Origin: a virus
Reading direction: 5' to 3' (one strand)
Length of the DNA stretch: 64,000 bases
Virus record (IMG/VR): IMGVR_UViG_3300036546_000248
The notes beneath the pieces are model-generated. The model made no database searches and was not told the DNA's origin. It saw only the letters and a program-made list of their open reading frames with translations. The position numbers and the translations under genes were made by a program. Below, piece after piece: positions 47,032 to 56,105 of this stretch (position 1 is the first letter of the stretch; each line of letters starts with the position of its first letter).

Positions 47032-47450
47032 CTACACCCCACCTTCTGGGTGGAAAGGAGTAAACTGACCGGCCTGGTAACGTACGAAGACTTCCCCTTA
47101 AGCAGCCCTGTACCTACCAGCGATGTTCTCTGTACGACACAACACCGTTCCCGAGTCGTTGTTGCATCAGAACATACACCAGCCTCGTTCACCCACTGAA
47201 AAACCGCTACCCCGCCCTACGGATTGTAATAACTTTGCTCGCTCCACCGTGCGCAAACAAACAAATGAACGGTGGCAAAGTCCGGGTCACTTCTGTATTC
47301 ATCCACACAGCTTTCACCGAGACCCATAACTCGGTTATCCGTACACACGGAGCAGCGCCATAGACGTTGCCAGCGGAGAACACTCGGTGTTAATCCATTG
47401 TCCGTGAAAGCCAACGGATTTTTTTTTTCAGTACCGATTAGATCGCATAC
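47032..47450. ncRNA. Candidate large structured non-coding RNA
   Basis: At least seven inverted repeats, no credible CDS, bounded on the minus strand by a TATG and a terminator. Confidence 0.35.
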
Positions 47451-47513
47451 TATAGGGCAAAGCCCCGAGAAAAAAAAAAGGAGGCCGAAGCCTCCTGAGG
47501 TTTTTGTGCCACC

Positions 47514-47936
47514 TCAGGGAATCTGAGGCAGTCCAACGAGCTGAGAAACAAGGTTGCGGCGGTACTTATACCATCCATCTGGGTGGGTGTGTAATCCGGC
47601 TTCTTGGCTAGCACGACGGATGCTGTCATCGTCCTCAAAAAGCAGGGGTACCGGAAAATAGCGATAGCAACCAGGTTGACCTGAACGTACCAGTGTGTGT
47701 TTGGAACGTCCCTCCCAATTACCAGTTTCAATACCTCGCTTGATCAGTTCGATCATGGAGGTGCCTTCATTAGACAGGCTCTGAATGTTGGTGTAGTGGG
47801 TGTGAGTCCGCGCAGGGTCATCCAGTTGCGGGGTGATGTTACGGATGAAGACAGTCCCTTCTTCATCATGTTCAATCGTATTGCCGTTATTAAGCCGCAC
47901 GTAAGACTTATCGGCATTAATGGTAATATCTACCAT
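47514..47936 (-). CDS. Hypothetical protein
   Basis: 140 aa from ATG 47936 (GGAG RBS), followed by a terminator at 47470-47496. Confidence 0.65.
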   Translation of the reverse strand: MVDITINADKSYVRLNNGNTIEHDEEGTVFIRNITPQLDDPARTHTHYTNIQSLSNEGTSMIELIKRGIETGNWEGRSKHTLVRSGQPGCYRYFPVPLLFEDDDSIRRASQEAGLHTHPDGWYKYRRNLVSQLVGLPQIP

Positions 47937-48288
47937 GAGTTTTACTCCACGTGTATTTCCGTACGAGTTGATAGGACTGGTATTCGAATGCAAACGACAC
48001 GCACCCGAAGGCCAAAGGTCCCCACCACCCTAGGAAAATGAAAGGGATGATACCGACCACAACAGTCATAAACGTCAAGCTGGCTTGGTCAGTTGCTGAC
48101 TTCAACCAAATCTCAACGGCCTTCCCCCCCAACACTGCTAGGCAGAGTGCTCTAGCGCCCGCATAGAAAGTCCACACCATTGCGATACGATGAGTTAACG
48201 CAAGGCCTGCCCATTTATATATCCCCAGCATCCCTACTGCTATGATGAGGTAGATCACAAAAGGTATTACACCCTTGCTAGTTTTCAT
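47917..48288 (-). CDS. Multi-pass membrane protein
   Basis: 123 aa with 3-4 hydrophobic segments. Confidence 0.6.
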   Translation of the reverse strand: MKTSKGVIPFVIYLIIAVGMLGIYKWAGLALTHRIAMVWTFYAGARALCLAVLGGKAVEIWLKSATDQASLTFMTVVVGIIPFIFLGWWGPLAFGCVSFAFEYQSYQLVRKYTWSKTHGRYYH

Positions 48289-48344
48289 GTTGGCTACTTC
48301 TTATTTCCGTTTTAGTTTTAGTCTCACCGTTAGGAGCACGTCCC

Positions 48345-48956
48345 ATGACGGCTAAACTTACTTCCCTCTTCGACACAAATCTCAGTTTGGTTTATAGTGC
48401 CGAAGGGATCGAGTTGGTTGATGCGGCTAAACGCCGTGACGCACCCTCGATTTACATTCTGTTGACGGACACCAAGACCCAGTTTAGCAAAGTCAGTAAA
48501 CTGATTACGGGTGATCCCTACAACCATGTGTCCTTGATGTTAACCGACAGTTTCGACGATCCTATCTACACCTACGCCTTGAACAACGGCATCAGTTCAC
48601 TTAAGGGCGGTTTCATGGTGGAAGATCGTTCTAACTTGTACGGTTCATTTTATTCGCTTTACGAGTTAAAAGTAACAGGCGCAGCGTACCGTCAGATCAA
48701 GGAACGGGTAGAGTACCTTGCGGCAAATCCCAATCAGACTCGGTATAACCATCTGGGTTTGTTCAACGCCATCTTCCGCAAGAATATCTTTTCCTCTGAG
48801 GACGGGCAGATCTCCATCTGTTCTGAATTCGTGGTTGAGGTCTTACGCTTTGGCGGCATAGAACTCTTAAAGGGTAGACTCGGTAGCACCATCCGGCCTT
48901 ACGACCTGGTGCGCTCCAAGCTACTGAAATTTGTACGCCGAGGCAAAATCAACTAG
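48345..48956 (+). CDS. Permuted papain-like (NlpC/P60, YiiX-type) amidase/peptidase
   Basis: His before Cys (PYNHVSL ... ICSEFV ... IRPYDL), AGGAG RBS. Confidence 0.75.
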   Translation: MTAKLTSLFDTNLSLVYSAEGIELVDAAKRRDAPSIYILLTDTKTQFSKVSKLITGDPYNHVSLMLTDSFDDPIYTYALNNGISSLKGGFMVEDRSNLYGSFYSLYELKVTGAAYRQIKERVEYLAANPNQTRYNHLGLFNAIFRKNIFSSEDGQISICSEFVVEVLRFGGIELLKGRLGSTIRPYDLVRSKLLKFVRRGKIN

Positions 48957-49331
48957 ACGGCATAATTAGGAAACGCCCCCGTCTCGACTCGAGTCAGGTC
49001 TGAGTGTCTTTTGCTTCGCTGCTGCCTCAAAGGGCTGCTGCTAGCTTGGACTACTGCCTGGGCTGCGGCCGAGGGGGGGTGTTCTTTACTGCTTTTGAAG
49101 CTATCAAGCAAACCCTAGGGGGGTGGACAGCTGATAGAGGCCGTTCGTCCTAGGTGTGTTACTATTAACGACTGCTGGGTTGGTAAACCCTTTACTGCCG
49201 AACTTAATCGGTTCATATATATAGCGCATCAATAGACGCTTCTATCTTAAACCATGGCCCTGAACCCTGTGAACTGGCGGGGGGTTTTATGCCGCGCGTT
49301 AAAAGGCCGCGGACTCACCTCAGATATATGT

Positions 49332-49772
49332 TCAAAGATAGACGCTCCGTTGACCGCCAGCACTGACCGAACCACCCAAATGACTTGGCGCCATTGGTAG
49401 CATAAGGTCAGCATGATGAGTAGCAGAAAGAAAAAGATTCCTTGTATGCTCGCATGGACGGTTGATGGGAAATAGGAGACGTCTGCGCCTTACAGGCACC
49501 TTAAGCCTGGGGTGCGAATCTCCCACCAATGTGCGTCGCCTAGGCCAACTCTCATCCACTACAAACCCGTAAGCTGTTTTAACACGGGGAATATCGATTC
49601 CTTCTCGTGTTACTGCCTCGTGTTGAAAGGACCGTAAAGTGTAAGCCTTCTGCGACCAGCCGTTGGAGGTGGTATAGTAGCCGACATCCACACCCTGAAC
49701 TTCAACCCCCGCTGGGATTCCCTGATTCAGCAAGTGCGCCAACGCCAATGCACCCATACCACCGATGATCAA
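49332..49772 (-). CDS. Hypothetical protein
   Basis: 146-aa ORF with weak start signals. Confidence 0.45.
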   Translation of the reverse strand: MIIGGMGALALAHLLNQGIPAGVEVQGVDVGYYTTSNGWSQKAYTLRSFQHEAVTREGIDIPRVKTAYGFVVDESWPRRRTLVGDSHPRLKVPVRRRRLLFPINRPCEHTRNLFLSATHHADLMLPMAPSHLGGSVSAGGQRSVYL

Positions 49773-49862
49773 GACTCTTATACAAAGCCCCTTATTAAAA
49801 ATGGTGGGTTGGTAGAGCGACCAGGAAAAGGTATCGCTCTAGGCTCCAACCCCACCAAAACC

Positions 49863-50024
49863 TTAACAGACCATCTCGGGAACCGGGATGCCCAACTCTT
49901 CGCACCGTTTCTCCAAATCAGCTTGGGCTTGTTGAAACTGCTCAATCCGCTTCAAAGTCTCTTCTCGAGCCTTCGGATTCGGTGTGGGTAGCTTCAAGTC
50001 GCTTAACTTGATTGGACGGAGCAT
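49863..50024 (-). CDS. Small hypothetical protein missing from the ORF track (53 aa, MLRPIKLSDL...PEMVC)
   Basis: Translated by hand. GAGG RBS, overlaps the upstream gene's 3' end. Confidence 0.55.
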   Translation of the reverse strand: MLRPIKLSDLKLPTPNPKAREETLKRIEQFQQAQADLEKRCEELGIPVPEMVC

Positions 50025-50221
50025 GTGGTGTCCTCATATGGATAACGTTCGAGCATCGCGATTCGCTTGCGAGTCAAACCCATACACAGTACAAACTGGA
50101 ACAATCCCAGCCCCACTGCCGCATGCCAGGAAAACAAACTTCCAATGGCTGCACCTATCACTGCACAGAATACGACGAACAAGGTGCGTAAAACCAAATA
50201 CTCTTTTTGCTCTTGCGTCAC
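50003..50221 (-). CDS. Small two-TM membrane protein
   Basis: 72 aa, two hydrophobic helices and a basic tail. Confidence 0.55.
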   Translation of the reverse strand: MTQEQKEYLVLRTLFVVFCAVIGAAIGSLFSWHAAVGLGLFQFVLCMGLTRKRIAMLERYPYEDTTCSVQSS

Positions 50222-50264
50222 GATGATGAAGTCCTATTTCAATGGTGGTGTTTAAGACAATGTA

Positions 50265-50744
50265 TTACCAACCAGCGCTGGGCGGTGGATTGTTATTAAT
50301 CGTAACCTTCTTCGTACGGACCCAACTACGAATGTCTATCCGTGTGGGTGCTTTGGTCATACGAATGGTCTCCTTTGTTTTGTATTCACTCTGGAAGTTA
50401 TTGACCGCATTCCCAACTAACTCCCAGTGGTCTGTCGACTTGGGTTTAAACTCGTGGAGGAATACTGGACACTCCAAAAGTTCCTTAAGTCCCACCTGTC
50501 GATGTTTGGACGATAGTTCAATCACGAGTATGTCACCCTCGATCTTAAAACGATCTAACTCAAAAGACTTCTCGATAGACGACGCCCATCCGAGTCCTAT
50601 GGCCGATTCTTTATCCGTGGTAGCGTAAAGGTACCGGTTGGATTCAGTCTCATCCCATTTAATTTCTTTTCCCGTGTGTTCATAACCTGGCTTTAATACA
50701 AGGTCATTAAAGCCAGTGCCGTGATATAATTTACTGGGAAGCAT
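50265..50744 (-). CDS. Possible ADP-ribosyltransferase-fold protein
   Basis: N-terminal LYHGT, YLYATTD and a late SEY resemble the H-Y-E ART layout. AAGGA RBS. Confidence 0.45.
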   Translation of the reverse strand: MLPSKLYHGTGFNDLVLKPGYEHTGKEIKWDETESNRYLYATTDKESAIGLGWASSIEKSFELDRFKIEGDILVIELSSKHRQVGLKELLECPVFLHEFKPKSTDHWELVGNAVNNFQSEYKTKETIRMTKAPTRIDIRSWVRTKKVTINNNPPPSAGW

Positions 50745-50757
50745 CTGACATCCTTAC

Positions 50758-50958
50758 TTATCCCAAACCGATGCCCGAAGGACGATTAACCACCAGATGT
50801 TTCTCGGGGTCGTACTTTTCTTGCGGGAACTGGTTGTGCCAGGGTTGGCTCATGCAGCAGGTACAGAGCCACTTACCTGACGGCCACGGTTGTGATACCG
50901 GTGACAGCTCATCAAGGTCAACCGTTCCACAATTGTCGCAAACAAACAAGTGGCTCAT
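50758..50958 (-). CDS. Small zinc-finger protein
   Basis: CDNC...CTCC, GAGG RBS, directly downstream of phuZ. Confidence 0.65.
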   Translation of the reverse strand: MSHLFVCDNCGTVDLDELSPVSQPWPSGKWLCTCCMSQPWHNQFPQEKYDPEKHLVVNRPSGIGLG

Positions 50959-50968
50959 ATAGTACCTC

Positions 50969-51949
50969 TTACAGAACCAAACCGTCGTCTTGTGCTTCGT
51001 CCAGATCCACGATCTTGCGGGTCTGTACGCGGCTATCGCGACGAGCGTTGTAGTCGTTACGGGTTTCCTCGAGCTTCTCGTAAGTCGCGCCGAGGTGTTG
51101 GGTCGAGATCACGAAATGGATCTCTTCGATGTCCTGCACCTTGTGCTGGAAGTAACCAGTTGCCGAGTAGTCCGGCACCGGATCGGTAAGATGCGGTTGG
51201 TCACGATCAGCGTAGAGGCTGGCCACCGAGATCGGATCGGTGATGCTCTTGGCCGACTTCTGGTCGATGAAGATGTCCAGCAGCGAGAGCTGCGGCGCCA
51301 CTTCGGTCGAGTGGTTGTAACGCAGCCAGTGACTGACGTCTTTGGTATCCAGCTCGGCATTCTGACGCGAAGCCAGGTACGACAGGCAGGAGGTAGCGAA
51401 CGCCAGCTTTTTGTCCACCGCGCTGCGGGTGTTGTCGCCACCGTTGTGCAGGTAGTAGGTCACGACAGGGGCCGATTCCTTCTTACTGATAGCCGCCAAC
51501 GATTTCAGGGTGTTGACGGTGTTGTTGGCAGTGATGTTCGATTCCGAAGAACCGGCAGTCAGTACCACGACCGGCAACCCGCGCGCCAGCAGTTCGGAGA
51601 CGATCAGCGGACCCAGAACAGAACCCGAGCCACCGGAGGCCGAGAACACGACGATGTTGAACTCACCAGGCTGCTGCGATTGCAGGATGTGCTTGATGGA
51701 GCTGGAGATCTGAGCGTGGTTCTCACGACGCACCTTACCGGAACCGTCGGTGTTGTCGAGGATGTAGATCTTTTCCTCGGGGATTTCCGGAGTCAGGTTG
51801 GAGCGACTGGTGTCGATGAACGCCGGATCGATCGCAGCGAACCCATCACCTCCCTGACTCTTCAGGTAGTTTGCAGCGAAATTGACCCCGAGGCCCCCAC
51901 ACCCAAAAATTCGAACGGTACCGACACCAGAAACGTTTTTATCGCTCAT
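50969..51949 (-). CDS. phuZ: Phage tubulin PhuZ
   Basis: GCGGLG, IDTS, DGSGKVR, SASGGSGS tubulin signature, ELDTKD and a C-terminal DDGLVL knuckle. Confidence 0.95.
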   Translation of the reverse strand: MSDKNVSGVGTVRIFGCGGLGVNFAANYLKSQGGDGFAAIDPAFIDTSRSNLTPEIPEEKIYILDNTDGSGKVRRENHAQISSSIKHILQSQQPGEFNIVVFSASGGSGSVLGPLIVSELLARGLPVVVLTAGSSESNITANNTVNTLKSLAAISKKESAPVVTYYLHNGGDNTRSAVDKKLAFATSCLSYLASRQNAELDTKDVSHWLRYNHSTEVAPQLSLLDIFIDQKSAKSITDPISVASLYADRDQPHLTDPVPDYSATGYFQHKVQDIEEIHFVISTQHLGATYEKLEETRNDYNARRDSRVQTRKIVDLDEAQDDGLVL

Positions 51950-52076
51950 ATGAATTCACCTTGTATTCAGGTTAAGTTTAGTACATAGGGATTACCGTTT
52001 ATAGGTTGGGTAGATCCCTACATGGGTTTATGCTGGCATCTCTTCAAAGAAATACCAAACACATATCTTTTTTTAC

Positions 52077-52682
52077 TTACAACAAATCCACGAGGTCGCG
52101 TTGTTCTTGAAGCTCCTGTTTAAACGCCTGTGTGTACAGGTTTGGATAGCGGGCATAACCTTGACTACCAAACTTCTCTTTAATGTGTGTCAATGCTCCT
52201 TTACGGGCGGCTTCGTGATTATCCCCTCGATGGAGTCGATACTCAATGGCGCGTTGGAGCATGCCTTTAAGATTCTTATCCGGGAACCCCCGATCTGCTG
52301 AGGACATCAATTCAGCAAACTGGTTGGTAAACGGCTGCTGGTTAGACGCCCGGTGTTCACGACAACCTGAGGCCACCAAAGAACGCTCTTCAGGGTCCAA
52401 TTGAGCGATCAGTGGGTAATCAGTAGTCATGATCCACTCACCGGACATCAGGTGGTGGTTGTAACGACTCCACGAAAACAAGTCGTGGAAATAAGCAACC
52501 AACAGAATAAGTTTGGGGTTAAAACCCAAACGTAATTTATTGTTGATGTGGAGTCCTGTCAACTCTACGTTGCGGAAATGGTCTACTCGATGGGCGGCAT
52601 CATTCAACGACCACGCATGAGAGAAGTCACTGATGATGGTGAGCCGCATGTCATCGAGTTCATCTTTGTTCGACATCTTCAT
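52077..52682 (-). CDS. HD-domain phosphohydrolase
   Basis: AHRVDH, AYFHD, HH, EHRAS and SSADRG. Start at ATG 52682 with GGAG RBS. Confidence 0.8.
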   Translation of the reverse strand: MKMSNKDELDDMRLTIISDFSHAWSLNDAAHRVDHFRNVELTGLHINNKLRLGFNPKLILLVAYFHDLFSWSRYNHHLMSGEWIMTTDYPLIAQLDPEERSLVASGCREHRASNQQPFTNQFAELMSSADRGFPDKNLKGMLQRAIEYRLHRGDNHEAARKGALTHIKEKFGSQGYARYPNLYTQAFKQELQEQRDLVDLL

Positions 52683-52707
52683 TCTCCTAAGAATTGCTGG
52701 GTTGGGT

Positions 52708-52920
52708 TTATTTATCGCTGAGGGCAAAAGCCTTGTTAGCGAACTCGAGGGCTTTTTTCATACAGGCATCTTTAACCGGACCTTCACGATGACTGTCAGC
52801 TTCAATAACCATCAGGTCGGCCTGTTGAAAGAACTGCTCCGCCTTACGACGGTTCTCCCAACGTTTGACTGCATGTGCTGCACGCTTTCCCCAATGTACA
52901 GGGTTAATCCATTTGAACAT
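52708..52920 (-). CDS. Small hypothetical protein
   Basis: 70 aa from ATG 52920 (GGAG RBS), TATACTAT promoter-like motif at 52965-52972. Confidence 0.6.
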   Translation of the reverse strand: MFKWINPVHWGKRAAHAVKRWENRRKAEQFFQQADLMVIEADSHREGPVKDACMKKALEFANKAFALSDK

Positions 52921-53049
52921 GATAGTGCTCCAATCGACTGAAGGCTGGACATTACTTCCCACAGATAGTATACACCTGAATTATTTTCCAATAAGAGATT
53001 GACTTACCCGCAATTTTATAGAAGGGGAAACTAACGTAGGACCTTAACT

Positions 53050-53868
53050 ATGAACGCCATTCAAAAAGCTCTAAAGGACATTCGAACCAGTATCCCCAAA
53101 GAGATCCTGGAACGTACGTTCTTAACCCAAAACATGTCTGCCTTCGGTGGACGTCATAACTTCCAACCTTTGTCGTTGGATCAACGCATTCGTGAGGCTG
53201 TGATCGATGGAATTGTTTTGCCGGATTGTCATCTTGTGGGTGGCACTGAAGTCACTGTCCCGCTTGGCTCAGTACGTCCCGAGTACGTCAACTCGTACAA
53301 CCTCGTTTATCGGGTGCCGAAGCACCTCACCCAACAGCGCAGTATCGTCCGTGTTCTCCATATAACCTTCGGTGATGGCGGTATCGCAGGGTCGATGAAC
53401 CTAGGCCTTCAAGGCCGCTCTGCGGTATTGGACAAAGCCCAAGGGGTTTTGCAGTCACGCCTGCCGATTCCGATTGTCTCTACCGCCAACATTGAGTTGA
53501 TCGGTGAAAACACTGTACTGGTGCGAGAGAACATTGCCATGCCAGGCAATCCGTACCTGCGGTGTGTGGTCGAGAACGATGCTGAACTCAATGGCTTCTT
53601 ACCTGCAGCCATTTTGGTGTTTGGTAAGATGTGTGTGTTGGCCTGTAAGGGCTACATCTACAACAACATCAACATCAGTATGGACCAAGCCCAGCTCTCG
53701 GGTGGTATGGCCTTAGGTCGGTTTCGTGAAGTGGTGGACGGGTATTCCGACGCCATGGAACAATACCAAACCATGTTCGATGAACGCTGGCGAAAGGTGG
53801 CGCTCCTCAGTGACCCGAGTCAACATTCAAGACACCTTAAAATGATTACTGGTGGTCGTTGGGGCTAA
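53050..53868 (+). CDS. Conserved core protein, possibly virion-associated
   Basis: 272 aa, AGGA RBS, LACKGYIYN...YSDAMEQY. Confidence 0.7.
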   Translation: MNAIQKALKDIRTSIPKEILERTFLTQNMSAFGGRHNFQPLSLDQRIREAVIDGIVLPDCHLVGGTEVTVPLGSVRPEYVNSYNLVYRVPKHLTQQRSIVRVLHITFGDGGIAGSMNLGLQGRSAVLDKAQGVLQSRLPIPIVSTANIELIGENTVLVRENIAMPGNPYLRCVVENDAELNGFLPAAILVFGKMCVLACKGYIYNNINISMDQAQLSGGMALGRFREVVDGYSDAMEQYQTMFDERWRKVALLSDPSQHSRHLKMITGGRWG

Positions 53869-53913
53869 CACAACCAGAGGAGGGGACGGTCCCCTCCTCG
53901 TAAGGATTTCTTT

Positions 53914-54669
53914 ATGACTCTTAAAAAACCCCCGTATCAAGAAGGTCCCGATAGCACCTTCCGTCATATGGACAAAGATTACCAACTCGACCCCCTACTA
54001 GCCGATGCTGCGAAGTTACCTGTCAAACAAGTCCATACCAACCAATTGGAATGGAACTTACGTTTCGGGGAACCGGACCCCATCCGCTTGAAAGAGGCTG
54101 ATACCCGGTACCCCATCATCATCACTGAAGAGCCTCGGTTTGGTTGGGTGATCCTTGATGGCTTTCACCGCTTCTGTAAGCTGATCGAACAAAAACGCAC
54201 TACCTGTTCGGTACGGATCATTCCCAGAGAGTGGCTCAAACGCTACAGGGTGTCTCTGGAGAGCGATTCACCCATCACGGTAGGTCGAGCTACCTTAGAT
54301 CAAGCTAAAGCCTTCCTGGAGCCTCTGGGGATCATTTACAACCTCCCTCAAATGGGTGCCATCAACTACTCAGACGTCCCGCACCAATACACCTTCGCCT
54401 ACCAGCAAGAACAACCCGTAGGACTTCTGATCACCACCACCTTACACAACGACTTCGTGTCTTTGAACGTCAACCCAGAAGCAGACTACATCCACGTAGG
54501 CGGTACGCTGTTAAATTCTGTAAGGATCAATCAGGTATTGGTCAGGACAGAGGACGAGGCGTTAAACAGCCTACTCAAGTATGCAGGGTATCGCCTGGCT
54601 GAGTCTTTGGTGAAGTATAACCTTTACCGTAAAGTCTTCTCTGCCTCTGAGTTCCTCTCTATTCAGTGA
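53914..54669 (+). CDS. ParB/Srx-like N-domain fused through an SLE site to a GNAT-like domain
   Basis: YPIII...ILDGFHR ParB motif, RVSLESD, and a C-terminal VNPE...VGGTLL...NSLLKYAGY. Confidence 0.55.
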   Translation: MTLKKPPYQEGPDSTFRHMDKDYQLDPLLADAAKLPVKQVHTNQLEWNLRFGEPDPIRLKEADTRYPIIITEEPRFGWVILDGFHRFCKLIEQKRTTCSVRIIPREWLKRYRVSLESDSPITVGRATLDQAKAFLEPLGIIYNLPQMGAINYSDVPHQYTFAYQQEQPVGLLITTTLHNDFVSLNVNPEADYIHVGGTLLNSVRINQVLVRTEDEALNSLLKYAGYRLAESLVKYNLYRKVFSASEFLSIQ

Positions 54670-54679
54670 AAAAAAAAAG

Positions 54680-54723
54680 CAGGGCATAAAAGCTACAGGG
54701 GAGCTAGGCTCCCCTGTATGCCG
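54680..54723. terminator. Bidirectional terminator
   Basis: GGCATAAAA, TACAGGGGAGC-TAG-GCTCCCCTGTA, TGCCG. Confidence 0.8.
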
Positions 54724-55053
54724 TTACCACACGTAGTTACGAGCAGCAGTAGCCGCTTGAGAGAAGTCCAAGTCGAACAAGAACGTTCCCACAGGCGTTA
54801 CCGCCTGATACCGATGTGCACTCGGGGTTGGGTTAGACCGACGAGCAAAGAACTCAGGGTCTTCCAACTGTACCAAGACTTCATGATGACGTCCTACCAC
54901 GTCTACCAGAGCACCCAGTACTTTAGGTTCCAGTCGCCCAGTCAGCTCCAGGTTACGACTAGGGTTTTCGCCGATTTTCTCACGGATGACCCGTAAGGCT
55001 TGAGCGTAGCGTGCACAGACGACTTCGTTATCTTTCCAGACGTTGTTTTTCAT
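54724..55053 (-). CDS. Hypothetical protein
   Basis: 109 aa ending at the terminator. Confidence 0.55.
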   Translation of the reverse strand: MKNNVWKDNEVVCARYAQALRVIREKIGENPSRNLELTGRLEPKVLGALVDVVGRHHEVLVQLEDPEFFARRSNPTPSAHRYQAVTPVGTFLFDLDFSQAATAARNYVW

Positions 55054-55528
55054 GTTAAGTGTTGGCTCGTTGTTGTTGGTTCACTTACACCCCAACTCCA
55101 CTGGAGGTTACGTTGGTTAGGTGCTTGTGTTTAATAGGGTTAGTTAACAGTAGAGACGTAAAAGGTTTTTCAAAAGCATAGGAAGGGAATCTTCGATTCC
55201 CTGCTCTTTAGCCCCCTTTCCCCCGCCAGTTCATGGCCTTTACGCTACGCTCCAAGACCATTCACGCGAGTGAAATGGGATTGGTTTAGCTGTCAGTCAG
55301 TCCTAGTATCTCCGCTTACGCTTCGCTACTACTCCTTCCTTCCGCTTTTATGTCAAAGCCATACCGAAGTAATGTAAAAAAATACTGACACAGGAAAACA
55401 AGACTAGATAACCCTAAGAGATACCCCAGAGGGGATCTAAAAAAGCAAACATTTATCTATGCCCCGCCGCCCCGCGCTGCCCGCCGGCATAACCGGGCGC
55501 AACGGCCGAAGCCGCCCGCCCAGCCTAC

Positions 55529-56017
55529 TTAGCACGCTGTGGCTACGTACAAGGCAGCATCTTCCAGAGAAGTCACTACCGCGATGCCTTTCTGTCGCAA
55601 TGCGTCCACCGCCAGCGCCTCAGGACGCTTGGTGACCACCACCGAGTTCTCAGGGTTGTTCATCGCAGCGTTCAGAAATTCTTCCTGAACAGCCTGACCC
55701 AGATCCTCTTCAGGCAGTACATACACCTGAGTGGCTTCACTCAACAACTCTTCGGTGAGTTCGGCTGCATGCTCTTGAAGCTGGATGGTTTCCAGCGAAG
55801 GGATTTCTACACCCCGCCCAGGTAGATTCCATACCCGGAACTCTTTGTAAGAGTCCTGGAGGATCTGCTCCCATTCACCCGATTGGATGTTGCCATGGAA
55901 GATCACACTGCGTTCAGGCTCGAAGCCCTCGAAGAGAGGATGTTCGACGCTGTCGTCGTCCACCACGCTTTCTTCGTGATTTTCCATACTGAGTTGGAAG
56001 ATGTCACGGACGCTCAT
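55529..56017 (-). CDS. Acidic putative head protein
   Basis: SME and two SLE sites, GAGG RBS. Confidence 0.6.
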   Translation of the reverse strand: MSVRDIFQLSMENHEESVVDDDSVEHPLFEGFEPERSVIFHGNIQSGEWEQILQDSYKEFRVWNLPGRGVEIPSLETIQLQEHAAELTEELLSEATQVYVLPEEDLGQAVQEEFLNAAMNNPENSVVVTKRPEALAVDALRQKGIAVVTSLEDAALYVATAC

Positions 56018-56105
56018 TGTCGGTACCTCAGCTAGTGGCTAAGAATGTGGATAAAAAAAAGAAGAGTCGAGCGCATCCCTTAGGATGCACCCGACTTCAT
56101 AGGTA

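Noticed and set aside
11146..51988. Long opposite-strand ORFs (e.g. 11146-12444, 22411-23691, 24114-25511, 38213-39244, 50990-51988)
   Set aside because: They mirror codon-biased real genes and have no RBS or recognisable motifs.
55220..55240. tRNA or tmRNA 3' end (CCCGCCAG...)
   Set aside because: There is no T-arm, acceptor stem partner or CCA. No tRNA was recognised in the window.
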